64,000 bases of DNA from Collinsella sp. GTDB lineage: Bacteria; Actinomycetota; Coriobacteriia; Coriobacteriales; Coriobacteriaceae. Location: assembly GCA_019414425.1 (NCBI GenBank), contig DXMB01000001.1, positions 20,754 to 84,753 of the forward strand, given 5' to 3'. Shown in pieces: positions 29,897-38,755 of the stretch (positions within the stretch are counted from its first letter, which is position 1; each line of letters begins with the position of its first letter). Under the pieces are notes generated by a model. The model was not told where the DNA came from, made no database searches, and saw only the letters and a program-made list of their open reading frames with translations. The position numbers and the translations under genes are program-made.

Positions 29897-32143
29897 ATGA
29901 CACTCGTATCCAAGACCTTTGAGCTGTACGGCAAGACCTACACCTTTGAGTCCGGCGAGCTTGCCAAGCAGGCCACCGGCGCTTGTCTGGTCAAGCAGGG
30001 CGACACCACGATGCTCGACACCGTGGTCGTCTCCAAGGAGCGCAAGAATTACGACTTCTTTCCGCTGACCGTCGACTTCAACGAGAAGATGTACGCCGCC
30101 GGCCGCATCCCGGGTGGCTACCTTAAGCGCGAGGGCCGTCCCAGCGAGAAGGCCACGCTCACGGCTCGCATGATCGACCGCCCGATCCGCCCGAGCTTCC
30201 CGGATGGCTTCCGCAACGAGGTGCACATCGTCGCTACCTCGCTCGTCGCCGACCAGGTCAACCCCTTCGACGTCATCAACGTCATGGGTGCTTCGCTGGC
30301 CATGACGCTCGGCGGCGTGCCCTTCGAGGGCCCGCTTGCCTGCGTGCGCATCGGCCGCAACGTGGAGACCGGCGAGTTTATCGTCAACCCCACCTATGAG
30401 GAGCGCGAGAACTCCGACCTGGACCTGGAGCTGGGCGGCTCTGCCGACTTTATCTCGATGGTCGAAGCCGGCGCCGAAGAGATCTCCGAGGACGACATGC
30501 TCGCCGCTATGAAGTTTGGCCAGGAGGCCCTCGCTGCCTTCTGCCAGGCCCAAGACGAGTTCGTCGCCGAGTGGGAGCAGGTCAACGGCGCTATCGTCAA
30601 GAAGGAGTACCCGCTCGACCAGCCCGTCGAGGAGGTCCAGGAGCGCATCTTCGCCCACTACGACGAGATGGCCGCTGCCCTGCGCGACGCCGACAAGCTT
30701 TCCCGCATCGGTAAGGTCGAGGCTCTGAAGGAGTCCATCCGCTCCGAGTTCACCGACGAGGAGCAGGCCGCCTGGGAGCGCGAGATCCCCGTGGCGCTCA
30801 AGAAGCTCGAGAAGAAGGCCATGCGCACCATGGTCGTCGAGACCGGCGAGCGCGTCGACGGTCGTGCCGCCGACGAGATTCGTCCCATCATGGTGAAGGA
30901 CAACTACCTGCCGCTCGTTCACGGCTCTGGCCTGTTCCAGCGTGGTCAGACTCAGGTGCTCTCCGTCCTGTCGCTCGGCATGCTTAACGAGGGCCAGCGT
31001 CTGGATACCATCGAGCCCACCGAGGGCAAGCGCTACATGCACCACTACAACTTCCCGCCGTTCTGCACCGGCGAGACCGGCCGCATGGGCAGCCCCAAGC
31101 GCCGCGAGATCGGCCACGGCAACCTGGCCGAGCGCGCCCTGCTTCCGGTGCTCCCCGACGAGAACGAGTTCCCCTACGCCATCCGTGTGGTCTCCGAGGT
31201 CATGGAGTCCAACGGCTCCTCTTCGATGGCCTCGACTTGCGGCTCCACGCTCGCCCTTATGGACGGCGGCGTGCCCATTAAGCGCCCGGTCTCCGGTATC
31301 GCCATGGGCCTGATTCAGGAGGAGGGCAAGACCGTGGTCCTGTCCGACATCCAGGGTCTCGAGGACTTCCTGGGCGACATGGACTTTAAGGTCACCGGTA
31401 CCACCGAGGGCATCACCGCCCTGCAGATGGACAACAAGGCCACCGGTCTTACCTTCGATATCTTGGCCCGCGCCCTGCAGCAGGCCAAGGAGGGTCGCGC
31501 CTTCATCCTGCAAAAGATGCTCGATGTGATCCCCGAGCCGCGTCATACCACGCGCAGCACCGCTCCGCGCATCGTCTCCATCCAGGTTCCGACCGATAAG
31601 ATCCGTGACGTCATCGGTTCCGGCGGCAAGGTCATTCGCGGCATCCAGGACGAAACCGGCGCTTCGGTCGACATCCAGGAGGACGGCACCGTCTTTGTCG
31701 GCGGCACCGGCGAGTCTGTCGATCAGGCCGTCGAGCGCATCAAGCTCATCATCAAGGTTCCCGAGCCGGGCGAGGAGTACACCGGTCGCGTGGTCTCCAT
31801 CCAGCCCTTCGGCGCCTTCGTCAACCTGCTGCCCGGTAAGGACGGCCTGCTGCACATCTCCCGCGTCGCAAAGGGTCGTGTGGAGAAGGTCGAGGATGTC
31901 CTCAACGTGGGCGACGAGGTCAAGGTCGTCGTCATCGAGGTTGACGATCGCGGCAAGATCTCGCTCGATCGTCTGGACAAGCCCGAGGCCCCGGCTCGTG
32001 CCGAGGGTGCCTCCGAGGGCGACGGCGAGCACTTCCAGCGCCGTGAGCGTCCGCGTCGCGAGCGCTCCGAGCGCAGCGACCGTCCGCGCCGTCCCGGCGA
32101 CAACGGAGGCCGCAAGCCCCGCCGTCACCACGACGCCGAGTAA
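29897..32143 (+). CDS. pnp: polyribonucleotide nucleotidyltransferase (PNPase) with Arg-rich C-terminal tail
   Basis: Two RNase PH domains, KH and S1 domains (…GRVVSIQPFGAFVNLLPGKDGLLHIS…), and a tail RRERPRRERSERSDRPRRPGDNGGRKPRRHH. Confidence 0.95.
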   Translation: MTLVSKTFELYGKTYTFESGELAKQATGACLVKQGDTTMLDTVVVSKERKNYDFFPLTVDFNEKMYAAGRIPGGYLKREGRPSEKATLTARMIDRPIRPSFPDGFRNEVHIVATSLVADQVNPFDVINVMGASLAMTLGGVPFEGPLACVRIGRNVETGEFIVNPTYEERENSDLDLELGGSADFISMVEAGAEEISEDDMLAAMKFGQEALAAFCQAQDEFVAEWEQVNGAIVKKEYPLDQPVEEVQERIFAHYDEMAAALRDADKLSRIGKVEALKESIRSEFTDEEQAAWEREIPVALKKLEKKAMRTMVVETGERVDGRAADEIRPIMVKDNYLPLVHGSGLFQRGQTQVLSVLSLGMLNEGQRLDTIEPTEGKRYMHHYNFPPFCTGETGRMGSPKRREIGHGNLAERALLPVLPDENEFPYAIRVVSEVMESNGSSSMASTCGSTLALMDGGVPIKRPVSGIAMGLIQEEGKTVVLSDIQGLEDFLGDMDFKVTGTTEGITALQMDNKATGLTFDILARALQQAKEGRAFILQKMLDVIPEPRHTTRSTAPRIVSIQVPTDKIRDVIGSGGKVIRGIQDETGASVDIQEDGTVFVGGTGESVDQAVERIKLIIKVPEPGEEYTGRVVSIQPFGAFVNLLPGKDGLLHISRVAKGRVEKVEDVLNVGDEVKVVVIEVDDRGKISLDRLDKPEAPARAEGASEGDGEHFQRRERPRRERSERSDRPRRPGDNGGRKPRRHHDAE

Positions 32144-32168
32144 CAGCCGCACATAAGCAGCTCAACAA

Positions 32169-32197
32169 GGGCGACTCCGGACAGGGGTCGCCCTTTT
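32169..32197 (+). terminator. pnp terminator hairpin
   Basis: GGGCGAC (32169-32175) pairs with GTCGCCC (32187-32193), followed by TTTT (32194-32197). The last 2 stem nt and the T-tract are also the start of the foldback element arm. Confidence 0.6.
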
Positions 32198-32336
32198 GCT
32201 TGCGCCCGGGAGGGCCGCATATGAAGTTTCCTGCTCTACAGTCCTGCGCAAGACGGAAAGCACATTAAGTGCTTTCCTTTGCGTGCGGAACTCGCGATAA
32301 ACTTCATATGCGGCCCTCCCGGGCGCAAGCAAAAGG
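32192..32336 (+). repeat. foldback element F1-a: 38-bp perfect inverted arms around a 69-nt asymmetric core
   Basis: Arm 32192-32229 is the exact reverse complement of 32299-32336. The core is CCTGCTCTACAGTCCTGC-[central hairpin GGAAAGCAC ATTAA GTGCTTTCC]-GTGCGGAACTCGCGAT. Confidence 0.85.
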
Positions 32337-32462
32337 ACTGGTTAGTGCCGCTCGCTATTTAGTTAGACAGTCTATTCAGTAGTCAGATTTCAGATCTGTA
32401 GATAGCCGCAGCAGCATCTTCCCAGATAAAACCGACCAAAATAAACCTGTCCCTTTTTGGCA

Positions 32463-32595
32463 GGTTTCCCGTGGGGCGGGCACTGATGAAGTTTATCGCG
32501 AGTTCCGCACGAACAGGAGGCCACTTAATGTGGCCTCCGTCGTGAGCAGGACTGTAGAGCAGGAAACTTCATCAGTGCCCGCCCCACGGGAAACC
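32463..32595 (-). repeat. foldback element F1-b: 32-bp perfect inverted arms around the same 69-nt core in opposite orientation
   Basis: Arm 32463-32494 is the exact reverse complement of 32564-32595. The core at 32495-32563 is the reverse complement of the F1-a core (59/69 identical). All differences are in the central hairpin, and 3 are compensated base pairs. Confidence 0.85.
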
Positions 32596-32783
32596 GGCGG
32601 GATAGACCGGTTCAGATGGGGCTTTAATGCATGGGTGGTCTGTATTGGTTCAAATGGGTATCATACTGTGGTTACTGCATCGACTCTGTGATGCATGTTT
32701 GTACGTTCCCGGCGGTCGGTTTGCCAGAAGCGCCCCGTCGGTTGTTCCAGACCCGTTTCGAAGAAAGGAAACAACACTCACTT

Positions 32784-34454
32784 ATGGCAGCTAAAAAATC
32801 ATCTCCCTTGAAGATCATCCCGCTTGGCGGCCTTGACGGCATCGGCAAGAACATGACGGTCTTCGAGTGCGGCGACGACATGGTGCTCGTCGACGCCGGC
32901 CTCATGTTCCCGGATGACTCCCAGCCTGGTATCGACCTGGTGCTTCCCGACTACACCTATGTTCTGGAGAACGAGGAGAAGCTCCGTGGTATCGTCGTCA
33001 CTCACGGCCACGAGGACCACACCGGATCGCTTCCGTATCTGCTGCAGGACCTCAACAACAAGGTGCCCATCTTCTCGAGCAAGCTGACGCTCGGTTTTAT
33101 CGAGGGCAAGCTCTCCGAGTTCCGCATCCGCGCGCCTAAGTTCCGCGAGGTCAAGGGCGGCAGCCATGTCAACCTCGGCGGCATCTCGCTCGACTTCTTC
33201 TCGATGACGCACTCCATCCCCGGCGCTCTGGGCGTGTTCATCCGCACCAATCAGGGCACCGTTATGCACACCGGCGACTTTAAGCTCGACCAGACGCCCA
33301 TCGACGGCGTCACGCCCGACTACGCCGCTATCAGCCGCTTTGCCAAGCAGGGCATCGACCTGCTGCTTTCCGACTCCACCAATGCCACGGTTCCCGGCTT
33401 TACCAAGTCCGAGGCCGAGGTTGGTCCCAACCTGCTGCACGCCATCAAGAACGCCCCGGGTCGCGTGTTCGTCGCATCGTTCTCGAGCCACATCCATCGT
33501 TTGCAGCAGATCTGCGATGCCGCCCGCAAGTGCGGCCGTAAGGTCGTTGTGACCGGTCGCTCCATGCTCACGAACACCCGCGTGGCGCGCGAGCTCGGTT
33601 ACCTCAACATCGATGACGCTGATATCATCGATGCCTTCGATATTGATAACCTGCCTGACGACAAGATCGTCGTCATGTGCACTGGTTCGCAAGGCGAGCC
33701 GCTGTCGGCCCTGTCCCGCATGGCCAATGGCGAGCACAAGACGCTCTCCATCCACGAGGGCGATACCGTTATCCTCTCGGCAACTCCCGTTCCCGGCAAC
33801 GAGAAGGCCGTCCAGCAGGTCGTCAACAGCCTGGCCAAGCTCGGCTGCGACGTGTGGGATAAGAACCGCGCTCTCGTCCACGTCTCGGGTCACGGTAGCC
33901 AGGAGGAGCTCAAGCTTCTGATGGCCATGGCCAAGCCTACGTACTTTATGCCGGTCCACGGCGAGGCCGTGCATCTGCGCGCCCATGCCCAGCTGGCCCG
34001 CAAGATGGGTCTCAAGGACGATCATATCTTTATCCTCGATAACGGTGACACGCTCGAGATGCGCGGCGGTATCGTCAAGCGCGGTACGCCCGTCGAGTCC
34101 GGCGTCGTCTACGTCGACGGCCTGCGTATCGGCGATACCGACCCCATCGTCCTGCGCGATCGCCAGAAGCTCGCCAACGACGGTATGGTCACGGCCGTTG
34201 CCATCGTCTCCCTCAAACACAAGAAGATCGAGGCCATCGAGTTCTCGGGCCGCGGCGTCTCGTTTGCCATCGACGACCAGTTCTCCGAGGATGCCTCCGC
34301 GTCCATTATGAAGACGATCGAGAAGGGTAAGTTTAGCTTTACCAGCAGCGGTTCCGATGCCATTCGCAAGGCCGTGCGCGATTCGCTCTCTAACTTTATC
34401 TGGAGCCGTACGCGCACCCGTCCGATGATCATCCCGGTCGTCATGGAGGTTTAG
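32784..34454 (+). CDS. rnj: ribonuclease J
   Basis: LKIIPLGGLDGIGKNMTVFE...VTHGHEDHTGSLPYL (beta-lactamase / beta-CASP). The ATG at 32784 follows GAAAGGAA. Confidence 0.9.
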   Translation: MAAKKSSPLKIIPLGGLDGIGKNMTVFECGDDMVLVDAGLMFPDDSQPGIDLVLPDYTYVLENEEKLRGIVVTHGHEDHTGSLPYLLQDLNNKVPIFSSKLTLGFIEGKLSEFRIRAPKFREVKGGSHVNLGGISLDFFSMTHSIPGALGVFIRTNQGTVMHTGDFKLDQTPIDGVTPDYAAISRFAKQGIDLLLSDSTNATVPGFTKSEAEVGPNLLHAIKNAPGRVFVASFSSHIHRLQQICDAARKCGRKVVVTGRSMLTNTRVARELGYLNIDDADIIDAFDIDNLPDDKIVVMCTGSQGEPLSALSRMANGEHKTLSIHEGDTVILSATPVPGNEKAVQQVVNSLAKLGCDVWDKNRALVHVSGHGSQEELKLLMAMAKPTYFMPVHGEAVHLRAHAQLARKMGLKDDHIFILDNGDTLEMRGGIVKRGTPVESGVVYVDGLRIGDTDPIVLRDRQKLANDGMVTAVAIVSLKHKKIEAIEFSGRGVSFAIDDQFSEDASASIMKTIEKGKFSFTSSGSDAIRKAVRDSLSNFIWSRTRTRPMIIPVVMEV

Positions 34455-34455
34455 T

Positions 34456-37236
34456 TTGGCGCGCGGATCTGCACAAAACGCCAAAGGCAATAAAGCCAAC
34501 AACCAACCGGCATCTGCTAAGGGTGCCGGTTCCCATCTGCGTGCCAATAAGGGCCATGAGGCAGACTTCGACGATTTTGAGCCCTTGGTCGAGCCTTCGG
34601 CCAATCGCGATATCGCCGGCGTGGTCATTGCCGTTTTGGCGATCGCGTCCTTCATTGCCGTGATCTCACCGGCAACAGCGCCCGTGACGGCTGCTGTTGC
34701 CGGGTTCTATCACCTGGGCTTTGGCCTGGGCGCCTACGTGCTGCCGATCGTCATCTTGCTGTTTGCCGCCACGCTCTTTTTGGGTGAGGACTCGCCGCTC
34801 AACGTGCGCTCTGTTGCGGGCGGCGCCGTGGTCTTTATCGCCGTCGTCTCCATTCTTTCGCTGATGGTGCCGGGCACGAGCGATTCGTGCGACCTTATGT
34901 TTACGCCGCAGAACCTTTCCGTGTCGGGTGGCTACATTGGTGCGTTTATTGCGAGTGCGCTGCAGAATGCCCTGGGTAAGCCTATCGCGATGGTGGTCCT
35001 GTTGGGTCTGGTCGTCGTTGGTTTTGTCATCATTGGCTTTTCGGTGGGCGGTGTGCTGCGCTCTGCCCGCGATCGTGCGGCAGATTTTGCCGAACGCCGT
35101 CGTGCCGATGTCAACGCCAGCCCTTGGGGTGACGACGAAGCCCTGTCGGTGCCCGGCGTTGCCCGTTCGCACCTGAGCATTCTTCGTCAAAAGGGCTCCG
35201 ATGCTGCCGTGACCACGGTCATGGGCAACGATGTGGACCCGGTTTTGGACGATGACGACGAGGACGAGGATCCGTTTGTTGACGTGTCCGATGCCGTGGA
35301 TGCCGAGCGGGCCAAGACAACGCTGTTGCCGCGCCGCCATGCCAAGAAGGGCAAGGCCACACCCAAGTTGAATACAAGTGAGCCCGACCCGTCTTGGTCC
35401 GATAGCGAGATTGAGCTCACCGAGGGTGACGACGAGGACGACGAGGCTCCGCTCGAGACCGCCAAGACAACCTTGCTGCCGCGTCGCCACGCCAAGCGCG
35501 GGCAGGTCACTGGACAGCTTTCGATGGAGGACGATCCGGACAAGGTTGACGAGTCCGAGCCGCCGTTTGCCGTGAACCCTGTTTCGGCCGCACCTCAGAT
35601 TCCCGACTTCTTAAAGCATCCCAAGGTTGCCGATGCGCCTGCCACGAGTGCTGTCGAATCGGCTGCGACTCGTGATGGGGGAGCGGACGGCGGCGCCGCA
35701 GATAACGAGGGCGAAGAAGAGGACGGCCTCAAGCTTCCGCCGCTCGAAATCCTACATGCCAACCCGCAGTCGGCTTCTGCCGCGTCTTCGGATAAGGAGC
35801 TGGAGCAGACCGCTGAGTCACTGCAATCCACCTTGCTTGAGTTTGGCCGCAGTGCCCGCGTGGTCGGCTGGATCGCCGGCCCCACGGTGACGACCTTTAA
35901 GCTGCAACCTGGCGAGGGCGAGCGCGTGAGCAAGATTTCGAGCCTCGAGGACGATATTGCGCTTTCGCTCGCCGCCCAGTCGGTTCGTATCTTTGCCCCG
36001 ATCCCCGGCACCTCGCTCGTGGGCATCGAGATTCCCAACCGCAAGCGCCAGAACGTCAATCTGGGCGACGTGCTGCCCTATGTGAAGGGCGGTCCGCTCG
36101 AGCTTGCCATCGGCCGCGACGCCGAGGGCACGCCGGTCGTCGCCGACCTCGCCAAGATGCCTCACCTGTTGATCGCTGGTACGACCGGTTCTGGTAAGTC
36201 GGTGATGATCAATTCCATCATCACGACCTTGCTCATGCGCGCCCTTCCCGAGGACGTTCGCCTGATCATGGTCGACCCCAAGCGCGTCGAGCTTGCGGGC
36301 TATAACGGTCTGCCGCATCTCTATGTGCCCGTGGTGACCGAGCCCAAGCAGGCCGCGAGCGCCCTGCAGTGGGCCGTGTCCGAAATGGAGCGCCGCCTGA
36401 AGGTATTCGAACGCCTCAACGTCCGTAAGATTTCGACCTATAACGAAAAGCAGGCCGCCGGCGAGTTTGAGCATTACGACAACCCGCCGCAAAAGATGCC
36501 CTACCTGGTCATTATCATTGACGAGCTCTCTGACCTGATGATGGTTGCCGGTAAGGATGTCGAGGCCTCGATCGTGCGTATTGCACAGCTGGGCCGTGCC
36601 GCCGGTATTCACCTTATCGTTGCCACGCAGCGCCCCAGCTCCAACGTGGTGACGGGCCTTATCAAGGCCAACATCACCAACCGCATTGCCTTTAACGTCG
36701 CCACGGGCATCGACTCGCGCGTTATCATCGACCAGATGGGTGCCGAGAAGCTCACCGGTTTGGGCGACATGCTGTTCTCCAAGGTCGACTGGGGCAAGCC
36801 CCGCCGTATCCAGGGCTGCTTTGTCTCGGACGACGAAATCAACGAGATTGTCGAGTTCGTCAAGTCGCAGAGCGAGCCCGACTACCACGAGGAGATTCTG
36901 TCCGCCGTGGCGCCCGCTTCCATGTCCATGGCTGGTGGCGGCGGCATTGTCCGCACCGGAGTCGCTGAGCCGCAAGACGATGATCCGCTCATTTGGGAAG
37001 CCGCCCATATTGTGGTGGAATCGCAGCTGGGCTCCACATCTGGCCTGCAACGCCGCCTGAAGGTTGGCTATGCGCGTGCCGGGCGTATTATGGACATGCT
37101 GGAAGAAAAGGGTGTCGTCGGCCCGCCCGACGGTTCCAAGCCGCGCGAGGTCCTGTTGGACGAGGAGGGGCTTTCCGCGCTGGAATCTGTCGACGCCGAG
37201 ATGGCACGTGAAGATCGTGAGTTTGGAGGATTCTGA
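34456..37236 (+). CDS. ftsK: DNA translocase FtsK
   Basis: N-terminal TM helices, a long acidic linker, motor domain ...LLIAGTTGSGKSVMINS...IIIDELSDLMM, and a C-terminal gamma domain. TTG start. Confidence 0.9.
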   Translation: MARGSAQNAKGNKANNQPASAKGAGSHLRANKGHEADFDDFEPLVEPSANRDIAGVVIAVLAIASFIAVISPATAPVTAAVAGFYHLGFGLGAYVLPIVILLFAATLFLGEDSPLNVRSVAGGAVVFIAVVSILSLMVPGTSDSCDLMFTPQNLSVSGGYIGAFIASALQNALGKPIAMVVLLGLVVVGFVIIGFSVGGVLRSARDRAADFAERRRADVNASPWGDDEALSVPGVARSHLSILRQKGSDAAVTTVMGNDVDPVLDDDDEDEDPFVDVSDAVDAERAKTTLLPRRHAKKGKATPKLNTSEPDPSWSDSEIELTEGDDEDDEAPLETAKTTLLPRRHAKRGQVTGQLSMEDDPDKVDESEPPFAVNPVSAAPQIPDFLKHPKVADAPATSAVESAATRDGGADGGAADNEGEEEDGLKLPPLEILHANPQSASAASSDKELEQTAESLQSTLLEFGRSARVVGWIAGPTVTTFKLQPGEGERVSKISSLEDDIALSLAAQSVRIFAPIPGTSLVGIEIPNRKRQNVNLGDVLPYVKGGPLELAIGRDAEGTPVVADLAKMPHLLIAGTTGSGKSVMINSIITTLLMRALPEDVRLIMVDPKRVELAGYNGLPHLYVPVVTEPKQAASALQWAVSEMERRLKVFERLNVRKISTYNEKQAAGEFEHYDNPPQKMPYLVIIIDELSDLMMVAGKDVEASIVRIAQLGRAAGIHLIVATQRPSSNVVTGLIKANITNRIAFNVATGIDSRVIIDQMGAEKLTGLGDMLFSKVDWGKPRRIQGCFVSDDEINEIVEFVKSQSEPDYHEEILSAVAPASMSMAGGGGIVRTGVAEPQDDDPLIWEAAHIVVESQLGSTSGLQRRLKVGYARAGRIMDMLEEKGVVGPPDGSKPREVLLDEEGLSALESVDAEMAREDREFGGF

Positions 37237-38729
37237 TGGCTGCACGCTTTGGTGACATGCTGCTCGAGCAGCGTCGCCGAATGGGCCTTTCCATTCAGCA
37301 GGTCGCCAACACCATCAAAATCAGGCCGCAGATCATCGAGTTTTTCGAGACCGGTAACTTTGCTTCGATGCCGCCACGCGGCTATGCGCAGGGCATGATT
37401 TCGAGCTATGCTCGTTTTTTGGGCCTCAATCCGCGCGAGGTCGTCAATGCCTACTTTGACGAACTGATGGCATACGAACGCGAGACGTCGCAGCAGGGCG
37501 GTCGTTTCCAGGACGCCGCCGGCTACGTCAATTCGCGTTCCTCTGTCGATAACGGGCGCTTCCTGATGGTTCAGGGTGGTCGCTCAACGCGTTATGGTCA
37601 GCGTCCGCAGCAGGCTGGCTATATTACCGAGACGGGGTCCAGTGAGGAAATCCGTTCTCAGCGCGATCGTTTCCGCAGCACGCCTATGCCCGACGATCGT
37701 GCGCTTCCCGCTGCCCGCGGTGTGGTGCGCGATCCCCGTGTCGGCTACGGAGATGGCGGCTATTCCGATCGTGGCTACCGTGGTGTCTCTGCCGGTCGTG
37801 CTCTCGGCGGCTATGCGGACGCCGATGCCACGCAGGTGACGCCGCGTCTTCGCTCTCAATCACAGCCGTATGGCCAGCGCTCTTCGGCTCCGCGTGCGGG
37901 CCAGCGTGGCTATCAAGGCCGCGGTGAACTTGCGCCCCGCTCGGGTCAGCGCAGCCTTCAGGGCCAGGGTGGCTATCTCGGCCGTTCCGACAGCAATCGT
38001 GGTCGTATGCCTCAGGGAGGCGGCCGCAGCAGTTCCAGTCGTGGACGCGGCGGTTCCCGTACTCCTCAAAACAACGGTCTCGATCCGCGTATCGTCTACG
38101 CCGGCATCGGTGCCGTGGCGTTGCTGCTGATCGTGCTCATCGTGGTACTTCTGCGCGGCTGCGCATCTTCGACGCCCGAGACCACGCCCGAGACGCCCAC
38201 TGCTACCAAGACGACGCCCAAGAAGTCTTCTAAGAAGACCGAAACGGTCGACGAGGACGAAGACACCGATGAGGCGACGGATGAGTCGACCGATTCGGAC
38301 GCCACCAAGACGACGGCTAAAAAGGAAGAAAACGAGGTAACGAAGGTCAAGGTCTCCGTTGCCAAGGGAAAGACCGCCTGGATTGAGGTCAAGGTCGATG
38401 GCAAGTCGGTCTATGGCGCCCAGGCGACTGGCCCCTTTGAGCAGGAGTACACGCCTGAGTCCTCGATCGAGATCACCACGTCCAAGCCTTCCGATGTCAC
38501 CGTTACCAAGAACGGCGAAAAGGTCCGTTACGATACCAAGACCTCGGGCGTGGCGCGTGTGACGATCACCGTTCCCAAGAAGGAGACGACTGGTTCCGAG
38601 AATGGTGAAAGTTCTGATGGTACCGACACCACCGACGGCACCGATGCCCAGTCCACGGATGGCGCCGATACCGCAACTGACGGCCAGACGCCCACCGATT
38701 CTACCGACTATTCGTACGATAGCTACTAA
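37236..38729 (+). CDS. RodZ-like protein (XRE-type HTH, disordered RG/Q-rich linker, TM helix, DUF4115-like C-terminus)
   Basis: LSIQQVANTIKIRPQIIEFFETGNF, one TM segment (IVYAGIGAVALLLIVLIVVLL), and a C-terminal beta-rich ...WIEVKVDGKSVY.... Its position upstream of pgsA-cinA-recA matches Firmicutes ymfM/rodZ. Confidence 0.65.
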   Translation: MAARFGDMLLEQRRRMGLSIQQVANTIKIRPQIIEFFETGNFASMPPRGYAQGMISSYARFLGLNPREVVNAYFDELMAYERETSQQGGRFQDAAGYVNSRSSVDNGRFLMVQGGRSTRYGQRPQQAGYITETGSSEEIRSQRDRFRSTPMPDDRALPAARGVVRDPRVGYGDGGYSDRGYRGVSAGRALGGYADADATQVTPRLRSQSQPYGQRSSAPRAGQRGYQGRGELAPRSGQRSLQGQGGYLGRSDSNRGRMPQGGGRSSSSRGRGGSRTPQNNGLDPRIVYAGIGAVALLLIVLIVVLLRGCASSTPETTPETPTATKTTPKKSSKKTETVDEDEDTDEATDESTDSDATKTTAKKEENEVTKVKVSVAKGKTAWIEVKVDGKSVYGAQATGPFEQEYTPESSIEITTSKPSDVTVTKNGEKVRYDTKTSGVARVTITVPKKETTGSENGESSDGTDTTDGTDAQSTDGADTATDGQTPTDSTDYSYDSY

Positions 38730-38755
38730 GCCGCTCGTACGCGAAAGGAAACATC

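Noticed and set aside
32221-32307. dif/Xer-like site within the foldback cores. ATAAACTTCATATG is vaguely like the XerD-arm/central region of Firmicutes dif.
   Set aside because: The similarity is limited to a few bases. No 11-6-11 dif organisation can be aligned.
32463-32595. CUGAUGA ... GAAAC in element F1-b, reminiscent of the hammerhead ribozyme core.
   Set aside because: CTGATGA lies inside the perfectly paired outer arm. In the sister copy F1-a it is replaced by CATATGA. The required three-way junction cannot be drawn.
32192-32595. Foldback elements as a CRISPR array, an integron attC pair, a retron (a1/a2 repeats) or an invertible promoter switch.
   Set aside because: - CRISPR: there are only two or three units, in opposite orientation, with internal palindromy and no cas genes.
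- Integron: attC sites are co-oriented and need an intI, which is absent.
- Retron: there is no reverse transcriptase nearby.
- Invertible switch: there is no invertase gene, and the second locus lies between two gene 3' ends where a switchable promoter makes no sense.
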